A DNA stretch of 64,000 bases from an uncultured virus (IMG/VR IMGVR_UViG_3300048625_000025) (Duplodnaviria > Heunggongvirae > Uroviricota > Caudoviricetes), in IMG/VR virus record IMGVR_UViG_3300048625_000025, positions 1-64,000 of that record; one strand, 5' to 3'. Numbering within the stretch: position 1 is the first letter of the stretch; every line of letters begins with the position of its first letter. Positions 30,004 through 38,466 of the stretch are shown here, piece by piece. The translations under genes were made by a program, and so were the position numbers. The notes beneath the pieces were generated by a model. That model was not told the DNA's origin, ran no database searches, and worked only from the letters and a program-made list of their open reading frames with translations.

Positions 30004-31225
30004 AGTATTTTGTAATGTGCCATGGAAGGAAGTGCATATCAATGCAGATGGCACTTATCATACCTGTGGAGCACAGCCCAACCGTGTATATGGGACGCCT
30101 GCGGCTGCACAGTACAATGTACATATCATGACTATACCCGAGTGGGTTGCTAGTGAACACCAACATGCTGCCCGTGTTAACAAATTGTCGGGCATCAATG
30201 AGCCCCTGTGCGCTATGTGTTATCATGAAGATGCAATGGGGTCTAGTAGCAAACGAGTTAAAGAAAATCACAAAGACGGAATTGATCCCGTTAACTTCTA
30301 CAAAACATTTGATCAACGCAAGTACGAAAATATTGCACCACGTATTAACAGCTTTCATATCAGCTTAGGTAACGAATGTAATCTTGCTTGCAGAATGTGT
30401 ACGCCAATGGCTAGCAGTAAGATTGCAGTCCAAGAAATTAAAGCAGGGACCTTTAGAGGTGCTGCCCGTATGAACTGGACTGAAGATCAACAAGCATGGG
30501 ATCATGTAACTGACTACATCTGCGGGTCAAAAGACTTGGAGTTTGTACACTTAATAGGTGGAGAACCCTTACTTAACCCTCGCTTTGAACAGCTAATTGA
30601 CCGCCTGCTACTTGCGGGCAAGAACAACATATATCTAGGATTTACTACCAACGGAACGGTGTTTAATCAATCACTGATGCAGAAACTAAACGCATTCAGA
30701 CACGTAGACGTTGGTGTTAGTATTGAATGCACCGGGGAACTTAACGATTTGATTCGACAGGGTTCGAGTACGCAAACAGTATTAGACAATATTGATTTAT
30801 ACCTAAAGCATCGCAAACAAGGACACGTCTATGTTACAGTACGTGCAGTACCTAGCGCACTGAGTGTACACACATTAGACGATTTATACCGCTGGTGTGT
30901 ATCAAGAGAAGTTGATGTAATGACTAACATGTTAGTTCGTCCAGCATATCAACAGATACAACACTTACCACAAGATATTAAAAAACGGTTGCTTGAACAA
31001 TATAGCAAATGGGAGCATAGCGAACCTGCACCAGCAGATAGCAACCCACGCGACCCTACATGGTTCAAGCAACACATAGACAACGAAATTAAGGCAATCA
31101 TCAAGGCACTAGAGCTACCAGGCGATCCTGTTTTAACGCAGGAATTGTACGAGAAGCTAACATTATGGCAATGGCTTAAACAGCCCCAAATAACAAATTA
31201 TTTTACTACTAGCATCAAGGCATAA
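29993..31225 (+). CDS. Radical SAM protein with N-terminal twitch/SPASM-like domain
   Basis: FCNVPW...INADG...C and CAMC; CNLACRMC; GGEP; TTNGT. Confidence 0.85.
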   Translation: MIDKVFCNVPWKEVHINADGTYHTCGAQPNRVYGTPAAAQYNVHIMTIPEWVASEHQHAARVNKLSGINEPLCAMCYHEDAMGSSSKRVKENHKDGIDPVNFYKTFDQRKYENIAPRINSFHISLGNECNLACRMCTPMASSKIAVQEIKAGTFRGAARMNWTEDQQAWDHVTDYICGSKDLEFVHLIGGEPLLNPRFEQLIDRLLLAGKNNIYLGFTTNGTVFNQSLMQKLNAFRHVDVGVSIECTGELNDLIRQGSSTQTVLDNIDLYLKHRKQGHVYVTVRAVPSALSVHTLDDLYRWCVSREVDVMTNMLVRPAYQQIQHLPQDIKKRLLEQYSKWEHSEPAPADSNPRDPTWFKQHIDNEIKAIIKALELPGDPVLTQELYEKLTLWQWLKQPQITNYFTTSIKA

Positions 31226-31258
31226 CTATAGAACACATGGCACTAAAACTAATCTAAC

Positions 31259-31687
31259 ATGACCTGGATATATCAAGGCGCACCCGTCGAAGAATTACCC
31301 GAAGACTGTGTTGGGTTTGTTTACTTAATTACAAATAATCTATCTGGCCGAAAGTACATAGGCAAAAAACTAGCCAAGTTCTCTAAGACAACTGTAAAAA
31401 CAGTGAAATTAAAGAATGGCACGAAAAAGAAAAAGAAAATCCGCTCAAAGATCGATAGCGATTGGAGAGAATATTATGGTTCAAGCACAGAGTTAACCTC
31501 AGACATTACAAAATTAGGCACCGAAAACTTTTCCAGAGAGATACTTCACATTTGCAAATCAAAGGCTGAATGTAGTTACATTGAAGCTAGAGAGCAATTC
31601 GAACGTAAAGTATTAGAAACAACAGATTATTATAACGGACAGATTTCTGTTCGTGTCCATGGCTCCCACATCATAAACAAAATTTAA
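31259..31687 (+). CDS. GIY-YIG nuclease, T4 endonuclease II (DenA)-like
   Basis: GFVYLITN...KYIGKK...SDWREYYGSS...E...YYN; 142 aa, single domain. Confidence 0.8.
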   Translation: MTWIYQGAPVEELPEDCVGFVYLITNNLSGRKYIGKKLAKFSKTTVKTVKLKNGTKKKKKIRSKIDSDWREYYGSSTELTSDITKLGTENFSREILHICKSKAECSYIEAREQFERKVLETTDYYNGQISVRVHGSHIINKI

Positions 31688-31692
31688 GACAC

Positions 31693-32198
31693 AAAGTCTA
31701 AGCAGGATACACAGTATAAGGCAAGCGCCAGCTAAAAGTCGGGCGCCTAGGAAAACTGGACCTCGGGTCACAGGGACGGAAGACTCCACGCTGTATGGAG
31801 CACTCAGCAACTATCCTTAACAGGACGACGATCGGATATGCCTTCATAAAACCGGTTTTGCTGTTTGAAAAGAATTTAATCAAGGCTAAAAGAAGGGAGA
31901 AAAACCCTAACGTTTATATATGTGTTAGCGTATGTATATAAACTGCCGTCGTATAAAGACGCAACTCGAGGTACCGGACGACCGCCTCTGTAATTGTTGT
32001 AACGCTAAGTGACTGTGCTACTCAGATGAAGTTCAATCATTTTTTGCCCTGCTCGGGCAAAGTGTGACCAATTAATCTAGATGAAGTATTAAATCGCTTC
32101 GCTCTGTATGTAAGCTAACAAATTAAAACTTTAACCTATGTTGTGAGCTGATAAGCGAAACAACAGATGTCGTAGACATCTTTAAACCCTTAGACTTT
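31693..32198 (+). ncRNA. Candidate large structured ncRNA (or structured DNA element) with paired termini
   Basis: The only ~500-nt gap without a credible ORF; AAAGTCTAAG (31693-702) pairs perfectly with CTTAGACTTT (32189-98); more than 10 internal stems, several with G-U pairs on the + strand. Confidence 0.6.
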
Positions 32199-32218
32199 AA
32201 TAAATGAATAACTGAGAC

Positions 32219-32449
32219 TTAGAAGAACGGAAGTCCTGATTTCTTTGTTGTTTCCATGTTATCGTTAACGATTTTATCTATAAGTTCTCTTTCCTGCTGG
32301 CTTAACAGCATGGCATCGTTGTAACTTATACCGCCGCGCATATACCAACATATACGCAGCACTTCCTCTTTCATGGCTTTTGTTTCTTTTTCATAACCCT
32401 CAATGAGGGCCATGCTGTCTTCTGCGTTGAGAATCAAAAGCCTTTGGCG
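32219..32449 (-). CDS. Tail/baseplate assembly chaperone C-terminal ORF (gp51- or gpT-like), probably reached by -1 frameshift
   Basis: WYMRGGISYNDAMLLSQQER; lies in the -1 frame of the upstream gene and is open from the slippery site at 32449-55. Confidence 0.65.
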   Translation of the reverse strand, partial: RQRLLILNAEDSMALIEGYEKETKAMKEEVLRICWYMRGGISYNDAMLLSQQERELIDKIVNDNMETTKKSGLPFF

Positions 32450-33282
32450 AAAAAATTAGAGTAATCAAACTCCACAGCTAGTTTGAATTGATGGCCACAC
32501 TCATTGCAGGTAGCGTCATGTGGCTTGATACCAGCTTCAGCTGCGATGCTTTCCATACGTGTGTTGATTTTACGCATTACACCAGCTTCTGCGTTTGCGT
32601 AGTATTCTCTAATGTGTGCAGGGTTTGTAACCACAATCCCGTCAGCAGTGATGCTTTTAGTACATGCCACAATGTTGTCTAAGTTAAGACTAATCATTTT
32701 CTTAACATGCTTATCGTACTCTGCAATACGCAATTCTTCATCTAGGTCTGGATTAGCAAGGGCCTGGATTAATTTCTCTTCTTCTAGTTTAACACCGCCT
32801 GATTTGCTTACTTGCGAGTAAGGCATGGGCTTTAACTGAATAGTCAGCGTTTCGTCTGCTGCAATTGGGGTAACGTAGTCTGGAATTTTTACCTTAGACA
32901 ACGACTCTGCTAGATCGATATCATAGTCGTTTTCTTCTTCACATGCAGGGCACTTGCTGCTAATAGGCATGTGTTGCCCGTAGCTAGCGATGCGAATTGC
33001 AATTAGCGTAGAATCAACGTCAATGCTTGGCATAGCCCATGCATCTTTAATGTTCGGGCAGCAGCTTTCAATCACTTGCACTACGCTAGTTCCGTTAACT
33101 AGTGCGTCTGGAGTGCGTAAGATGATTTCATCTTTAGTTGTCATTGGTAACACTGGAAGTTCTCCTGTACCCGGAAGCTCTAGCGCACCGTCTGCCCAGT
33201 ACTTGCCACCGCTGGTTAACTTAATGTACATTGCAGGTTGGCGAAAGTGACGAGATAGTGGGTTGATGCTTGAATTTGGCAT
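32434..33282 (-). CDS. Baseplate hub/tail assembly chaperone, gp26-like
   Basis: Real start ATG 33282 (MPNSSINPL) after SD AGGA; PMTTKDE, DVDSTLIAIRIASYG, CPAC and CNEC zinc motifs. Confidence 0.75.
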   Translation of the reverse strand: MPNSSINPLSRHFRQPAMYIKLTSGGKYWADGALELPGTGELPVLPMTTKDEIILRTPDALVNGTSVVQVIESCCPNIKDAWAMPSIDVDSTLIAIRIASYGQHMPISSKCPACEEENDYDIDLAESLSKVKIPDYVTPIAADETLTIQLKPMPYSQVSKSGGVKLEEEKLIQALANPDLDEELRIAEYDKHVKKMISLNLDNIVACTKSITADGIVVTNPAHIREYYANAEAGVMRKINTRMESIAAEAGIKPHDATCNECGHQFKLAVEFDYSNFFAKGF

Positions 33283-33289
33283 TTTATTT

Positions 33290-33326
33290 CCTATAAATAT
33301 AATTGATACTAATGTATATTTATAGG
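33290..33326. promoter_or_regulatory. Paired face-to-face T4-type late promoters (TATAAATA on both strands)
   Basis: TATAAATA on + at 33292-99 and on - at 33317-24, inside a perfect 12-bp inverted repeat CCTATAAATATA/TATATTTATAGG. Confidence 0.8.
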
Positions 33327-33334
33327 TAAAAACC

Positions 33335-35821
33335 ATGGCTGATGTAAATCTGGACGAAGAGTTAGAAAAGTTTAAGAAGATAAGCGAAGTATATCGGCAC
33401 ACCATTGAGAAAAATATCGCAACAGAGCTTGGTAAGGGCAAAAGTGAAGCCGACGCTAAGAAGACTGCGCTGGATTTTGCTAAGAACATGGAATCAGCCA
33501 ATAAGATGTTCAAGCGATCGTATGATCAAATTGACGCTAGCTTAAAGGGCCTTAAGGAAAAGTTTAAAAGCGGAGGAATGTCAGCTGATGATCTTGAAGA
33601 ATCACTGGCTAGCTTACGCAAAGAAGTAAACAATACCGCGGACAAAGAGAAGAAAGCTGCACTAATTGCTGAGAAAGCAATACTCGAAGAAGCCAATGCT
33701 AGAAACAAATCCAGCGAAATCTTCAAGAACTCAATGGGTACACTGGCAGGCACTGTGCTTAAAGGGGTTGCAAGCTCGTTTACTAGATCTGCAACAGCAG
33801 CTCTAAGTGGTGGTGATGCACTGTCTGTGGCATCTGAGTTTATGAAAGCCAATATTGACACTGCTAACTCAGCAACACAAGTTGGTGCAAAGGCTCTTGG
33901 GGATTTTGGTGCAGCCACAGCAGGTGCTGGTGGCAAAATGGGTAAGTTTGGTATAGCTGCGTCAGTTGCTGGCGCCGCACTAGGATTCCTAAGTAATACT
34001 GTAAGTGAATTAGCTAAAGCTGGTATTGGCTTTATGCTGTCACAGACTCAAAAGCTAATCGGCGGCTTCCAAACAATGAGTGCCAGTGGTGCGATGTTTG
34101 CCGGCGGCATGAAAGAAATGATTAGAACTGCTAACTCTGCAGGACTAACACTAGAACAGTTTTCTAAGGCAGTTGGAGAGAACAAAGATGCACTGTCCCA
34201 GTTGGGAATGGGCGTAGGTGAAGGCAGTAAGAAACTAGCTAAAGCAATGGAAGCTGGTGGAGCAAGTGCCCGCAAAGGCATGATGGCTCTAGGCATGGGC
34301 ATGGAAGAGCAAGCAGGAGCTTATGCTCAAGTTATGGCTCAGATGGCCGGACCGAGCGGGAAGCTAAATGCAAGCAATGAAGAAATTGCTGCACGTACAG
34401 AAACATACGCAAAGAATTTAAAGCTATTGTCTGACTTAACTGGCGAAGATATGAAAGCCAAGCAAGAGCAGATTAGACAAGAAAATGATAACTTGGCATT
34501 CCAGCAGCAATTAGATGGAATGACAGAGCAAGAACGTATCAACATCACTGAGAGTATGAAGGGTATGAGCGAAGTTCAGCGCAAAGCCCTGCGTGAGCGT
34601 ATGATCTACGGCACTGTTATTAGCAAAGATGTTGCTATTGCAGAAGCAACTAACAGCGGACTGGCCAAGTCTAACCAAGAGTTTGCTAACCTGGCAGCAG
34701 AAGGTAGACTAAACTTAGATAACACCCTTAAGGTGCAAGGTGAGAACTCAGACGAAATCCACAAAGGTGCAATGGCTAACAAAGCATTGGCACAAGCTGG
34801 TAACGCAGGTAATGCTGATGCAGCAGCCGCAGCCCGTGATCAAATGAAAACTGATCAGCTGACACGTAAGTTGCAAACTGCGGCAACTGAAGAAGAGCGT
34901 AAGAAGATCCTTGAACAAATGAACGAAGGCAAGGGCGGCAAGCGAGAAGAAGTTGGACTACAAGAAACTCAGCAGCGTTTTGCAGTCGAAATGGAAAAGA
35001 TTGCAGCACAGAACTTGCCACAGTTTGCAAAAGCAATTGATACAACTATTAAAGACATTGAAGGTTCTGTTAAAGAGCTTGCTAAACTGGGAATTAACGC
35101 AGGCACACAGTCGCCTTTGTTAACAGCAATGGCAGGTATTGTGTCAGCATTAACTGCGATAGTACCAGTGCTGTCATTATTTGCTGCAAAAGGCGGAGCA
35201 AGTGGTGGCATTAGTGGTGGCGCAAAAGAAATGGCTAAGAGTGCTAAGAGTGGTGCAGGAGATTTCCTAAAAAGCAACAAGGGATCTATTGCTGGTATGG
35301 TGGGCGGCCTAGCCCTTGATAAGGGTGCCGACATGGCTAAAGAATCAGGGCACGAAAAACTTGGCGCCGGACTTGGTGTTGGTAGTGCAGCACTATCTGG
35401 TGCTAGTATGGGTGCCATGTTTGGCCCAATGGGTGCATTAGCTGGCGGCGTTCTTGGCGCAGGCTATGGACTATATCAAAACTGGGGCGGACTAACTGGA
35501 TCAAAACCAGACAAAGCTGCTACCCCAACTGGATCGTATGCTAACGGTGGTATTGCTAGTGGCCCAATGACTGGATATGCGTCTATGCTGCACGGCAAGG
35601 AACTAGTGCTACCAATGAAAGAAGACGGTGGCCTCAAAGAAGGGTCTGCTGGAATGAGCGAACTCTTAAAGATGTTTGGGGCAAACAGGTCAGCTACATC
35701 GGATTCGTCTAGTGAGTTAGCCTCACTGTTTAAAGAGCAACTGTCTAGAACAGAAGACTTAATTAGAATTATGGGCGATAATAGGGACATTACGGAACGT
35801 CTTATGCGTAACATGAGTTAA
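33335..35821 (+). CDS. Tape measure-like protein
   Basis: 828-aa Ala/Gly/Lys-rich helical protein with C-terminal YANGGIASGP...LHGKELVLP; adjacent to the chaperone genes. Confidence 0.7.
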   Translation: MADVNLDEELEKFKKISEVYRHTIEKNIATELGKGKSEADAKKTALDFAKNMESANKMFKRSYDQIDASLKGLKEKFKSGGMSADDLEESLASLRKEVNNTADKEKKAALIAEKAILEEANARNKSSEIFKNSMGTLAGTVLKGVASSFTRSATAALSGGDALSVASEFMKANIDTANSATQVGAKALGDFGAATAGAGGKMGKFGIAASVAGAALGFLSNTVSELAKAGIGFMLSQTQKLIGGFQTMSASGAMFAGGMKEMIRTANSAGLTLEQFSKAVGENKDALSQLGMGVGEGSKKLAKAMEAGGASARKGMMALGMGMEEQAGAYAQVMAQMAGPSGKLNASNEEIAARTETYAKNLKLLSDLTGEDMKAKQEQIRQENDNLAFQQQLDGMTEQERINITESMKGMSEVQRKALRERMIYGTVISKDVAIAEATNSGLAKSNQEFANLAAEGRLNLDNTLKVQGENSDEIHKGAMANKALAQAGNAGNADAAAAARDQMKTDQLTRKLQTAATEEERKKILEQMNEGKGGKREEVGLQETQQRFAVEMEKIAAQNLPQFAKAIDTTIKDIEGSVKELAKLGINAGTQSPLLTAMAGIVSALTAIVPVLSLFAAKGGASGGISGGAKEMAKSAKSGAGDFLKSNKGSIAGMVGGLALDKGADMAKESGHEKLGAGLGVGSAALSGASMGAMFGPMGALAGGVLGAGYGLYQNWGGLTGSKPDKAATPTGSYANGGIASGPMTGYASMLHGKELVLPMKEDGGLKEGSAGMSELLKMFGANRSATSDSSSELASLFKEQLSRTEDLIRIMGDNRDITERLMRNMS

Positions 35822-35838
35822 GCAACGGTAAATACACA

Positions 35839-36384
35839 ATGACACAAGCTATTTTCTACGTATATCGGTACTTAACTGAAGACGGAACTCCATATTATAT
35901 CGGAAAAGGTAAAGGGAACCGTATCCACGCACCCCATAAACATGTAACGGTCCCTGCCTTACACTGTAGAGAATTGATTTGTACAGATTTAACAGAGGCC
36001 GATGCTCTTCAAATTGAAATGCAGTTGATAAGAAAATATGGTAGAAAATTAGATGGCGGCGTTCTTGACAATATAAAATTAAATCAGTGGGCATGTACAT
36101 CGGGATGGCATCATAGTGCTGAGACTAAGATAAAAATATCAGAATCTAATTTAGGAAAAGTTAGATCTGCGGAAGCAATAAAAAATTATAGTAAGCCTAA
36201 GTCAATCCAACATGCAAACAAAATTAGAAAAGCTAACATTGGATTAACGAAATCAATGGAAACTAAACAAAAAATTTCAGAAACTAAAAAAGGAACGATT
36301 CCTTGGAATAAAGGGATAACCGGAACTTCCTGGTCTGATACAAGAAGAGCTGCTTATTTAAACAATAAGGCAAAGGAAATTTAA
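35839..36384 (+). CDS. Free-standing GIY-YIG homing endonuclease with NUMOD3-like repeats
   Basis: FYVYRY...PYYIGKG...R; HHSAETKIKIS and KSMETKQKISETKKG; AT-rich; TAAATA at 35829-34. Confidence 0.85.
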   Translation: MTQAIFYVYRYLTEDGTPYYIGKGKGNRIHAPHKHVTVPALHCRELICTDLTEADALQIEMQLIRKYGRKLDGGVLDNIKLNQWACTSGWHHSAETKIKISESNLGKVRSAEAIKNYSKPKSIQHANKIRKANIGLTKSMETKQKISETKKGTIPWNKGITGTSWSDTRRAAYLNNKAKEI

Positions 36385-36385
36385 T

Positions 36386-38092
36386 ATGGCCGGGTGGAAA
36401 AAGTATTTCAAGAGCGCAAACTTACCGTCAAACGTAAGCCCAATGGCCAATGGTCGTTTAGCTGATCCTGGCTATCGTAACTATCAAAGCACACTACCAG
36501 AAGTATATATCGGTCACCCTAACCGTGTTGAGCGTTACAATCAGTATGAACAAATGGACATGGACAGTGAAGTTAACGCTGCACTAGACATTTTAGCTGA
36601 GTTCTCTACACAAAAGAACATGGAAAACAACACAGCGTTTAGTATCCATTTCAAAGACAAGCCAACTGACAACGAAGTAAACATCATTAAAGAGCAGCTA
36701 CAGCAATGGGTCGCTCTAAACGAATTCAACAAACGCATCTTTAAGATTTTCCGTAATGTTATCAAGTACGGCGATCAAGTGTTTATCCGCGATCCAGAAA
36801 CATTTAAGTTATTCTGGACTGAAATGAGCAAGGTTACTAAAGTTATTGTTAACGAAGCAGAAGGCAAAAAGCCTGAACAGTATATTGTTAAAGACTTAAA
36901 CCCTAATTTCCAGAACTTAACAGTTACAGCAGTTAGCACCAGTGACACATTCACTAACCACCCACAAGTAGGCGGTCCGAGCGGTAGCTATGTGCAACCT
37001 AACAGCCCATCAAGCGGTGGTGGACGCTTTGCGCACCAACAAAACGAAGCAGTTATCAACGCAGAACATGTGGTACACATCAGTTTAACAGAAGGCTTAG
37101 ACGTATATTGGCCGTTTGGTAACAGCGTATTAGAAAACGTTTTCAAGGTGTTTAAGCAAAAAGAGTTGCTCGAAGACAGCATTATTATCTACCGTGTGCA
37201 ACGTGCTCCGGAGCGTAGAATCTTTAAGATTGACGTAGGTAATATGCCAACACATATGGCTATGGCATTCGTTGACCGTATTAAAAACGAAGTTTCACAG
37301 CGCCGAATCCCTACACAAACAGGTGGCGGTGCCAACATGATGGATGCTACGTACAATCCATTGAGCACAAACGAAGATTACTTCTTCCCTGTAACAGCAG
37401 ACGGTCGCGGATCTAGTGTTGATACACTACCCGGCGGTCAGAACTTAGGCGAAATTACAGACTTGCGTTTCTTTACTAACAAGCTATTCCGTGGGTTGCG
37501 TATTCCGTCTAGCTATTTGCCAACAGGCTTAGATGATGGAACTCAAAGTGCCAATGACGGTAAAGTCGGCACAGCAATGATCCAAGAATGGCGCTTCAAC
37601 CAGTATTGCAAGCGTTTACAGTCAATGGTAGTAGACAAACTTGACCAAGAGTTTAAGATGTTTATGCGTTGGAGAGGCATTAACATCGACGGTTCATTGT
37701 TTGATTTGGTATTCGAAGAGCCACAAAACTTTGCAAGCTACAGTCAAGCGGAAGCCGACCAAGCACGAATTGCAACGTTTACTAGCTTAGAAGCGTTCCC
37801 ATACTTCTCTAAGCGTTGGTTGATGACTCGTTACTTAGGTCTAAGCGAACAAGAGATGAATGAAAACGAACAACAGTGGAACGAAGAACAAGGCGACGTA
37901 GAAGCAGCACCAGCACCTGGCGCAGACTTACGTAGCGTTGGCGTTACACCAGGCGGTATTGCAGGAGACTTAGAGTCTGTTGCCCCTGCCCCTGAAGAAG
38001 GGCCACCCGGCGCACCCGGAGTAGGTCCAGCACCTGGAGCACCAGCAGCTGGTGGTGCAATGGCCCCGGGCGGTCCTCCCGCAGCAGCGTAA
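36386..38092 (+). CDS. gp20: Portal protein
   Basis: LLEDSIIIYRVQRAPERRIFKIDVGNMP, EDYFFP, TLPGGQNLGEITD...LRIPSS. Confidence 0.95.
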   Translation: MAGWKKYFKSANLPSNVSPMANGRLADPGYRNYQSTLPEVYIGHPNRVERYNQYEQMDMDSEVNAALDILAEFSTQKNMENNTAFSIHFKDKPTDNEVNIIKEQLQQWVALNEFNKRIFKIFRNVIKYGDQVFIRDPETFKLFWTEMSKVTKVIVNEAEGKKPEQYIVKDLNPNFQNLTVTAVSTSDTFTNHPQVGGPSGSYVQPNSPSSGGGRFAHQQNEAVINAEHVVHISLTEGLDVYWPFGNSVLENVFKVFKQKELLEDSIIIYRVQRAPERRIFKIDVGNMPTHMAMAFVDRIKNEVSQRRIPTQTGGGANMMDATYNPLSTNEDYFFPVTADGRGSSVDTLPGGQNLGEITDLRFFTNKLFRGLRIPSSYLPTGLDDGTQSANDGKVGTAMIQEWRFNQYCKRLQSMVVDKLDQEFKMFMRWRGINIDGSLFDLVFEEPQNFASYSQAEADQARIATFTSLEAFPYFSKRWLMTRYLGLSEQEMNENEQQWNEEQGDVEAAPAPGADLRSVGVTPGGIAGDLESVAPAPEEGPPGAPGVGPAPGAPAAGGAMAPGGPPAAA

Positions 38093-38122
38093 ATTCAACA
38101 TAAATAAGTAAATACACTATAT

Positions 38123-38365
38123 ATGTTTATAACTGAATTATTTGACGGCAGACAAGCAGGTTATCGTTCTGAAGAGGACGATAACAGCATCCAGCATCTT
38201 AAAGATATGCGTAAAACTAAGCTAACCTTTGCTCACCTAAACAAGCTGAGAATGGCAAACGATGTACGCAAATTCGAACACGAAGACAAATTGAAGAAAG
38301 TTACCAAGCAGTACAAAGCTCCGGCCGCTGACGCTGGAATGGGTGCTATGCCTGGTGGAATTTAA
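38123..38365 (+). CDS. Small head-module protein
   Basis: 80 aa after two TAAATA boxes (38101, 38109); RKTKLTFAHLNKLR. Confidence 0.6.
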   Translation: MFITELFDGRQAGYRSEEDDNSIQHLKDMRKTKLTFAHLNKLRMANDVRKFEHEDKLKKVTKQYKAPAADAGMGAMPGGI

Positions 38366-38466
38366 TTATTCCGACAAAACGATTCAAAAAACCCCCATTT
38401 AAAGCAGTAATCTGCGTAGATTAGTAAATATCATTACAAGCCATATTATTGAAAGGAATTTTTAAT

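Noticed and set aside
31237..31257. Mini-ORF MALKLI* just before the Endo II-like gene
   Set aside because: Too short to support and has no similarity to neighbouring gene starts.
31693..32198. RNase P, tmRNA, group I/II intron, hammerhead or TIGR-like array; short ORFs 31613..31810 and 31698..31883
   Set aside because: AAAGTCGGGC only loosely resembles RNase P; no exact CUGAUGA core, intron motifs or periodic array; the short ORFs lack SDs and recognisable protein features.
33283..33513. N-terminal extension of ORF 32434..33513
   Set aside because: It overlaps the tape-measure gene antisense; the promoter and SD point to ATG 33282.
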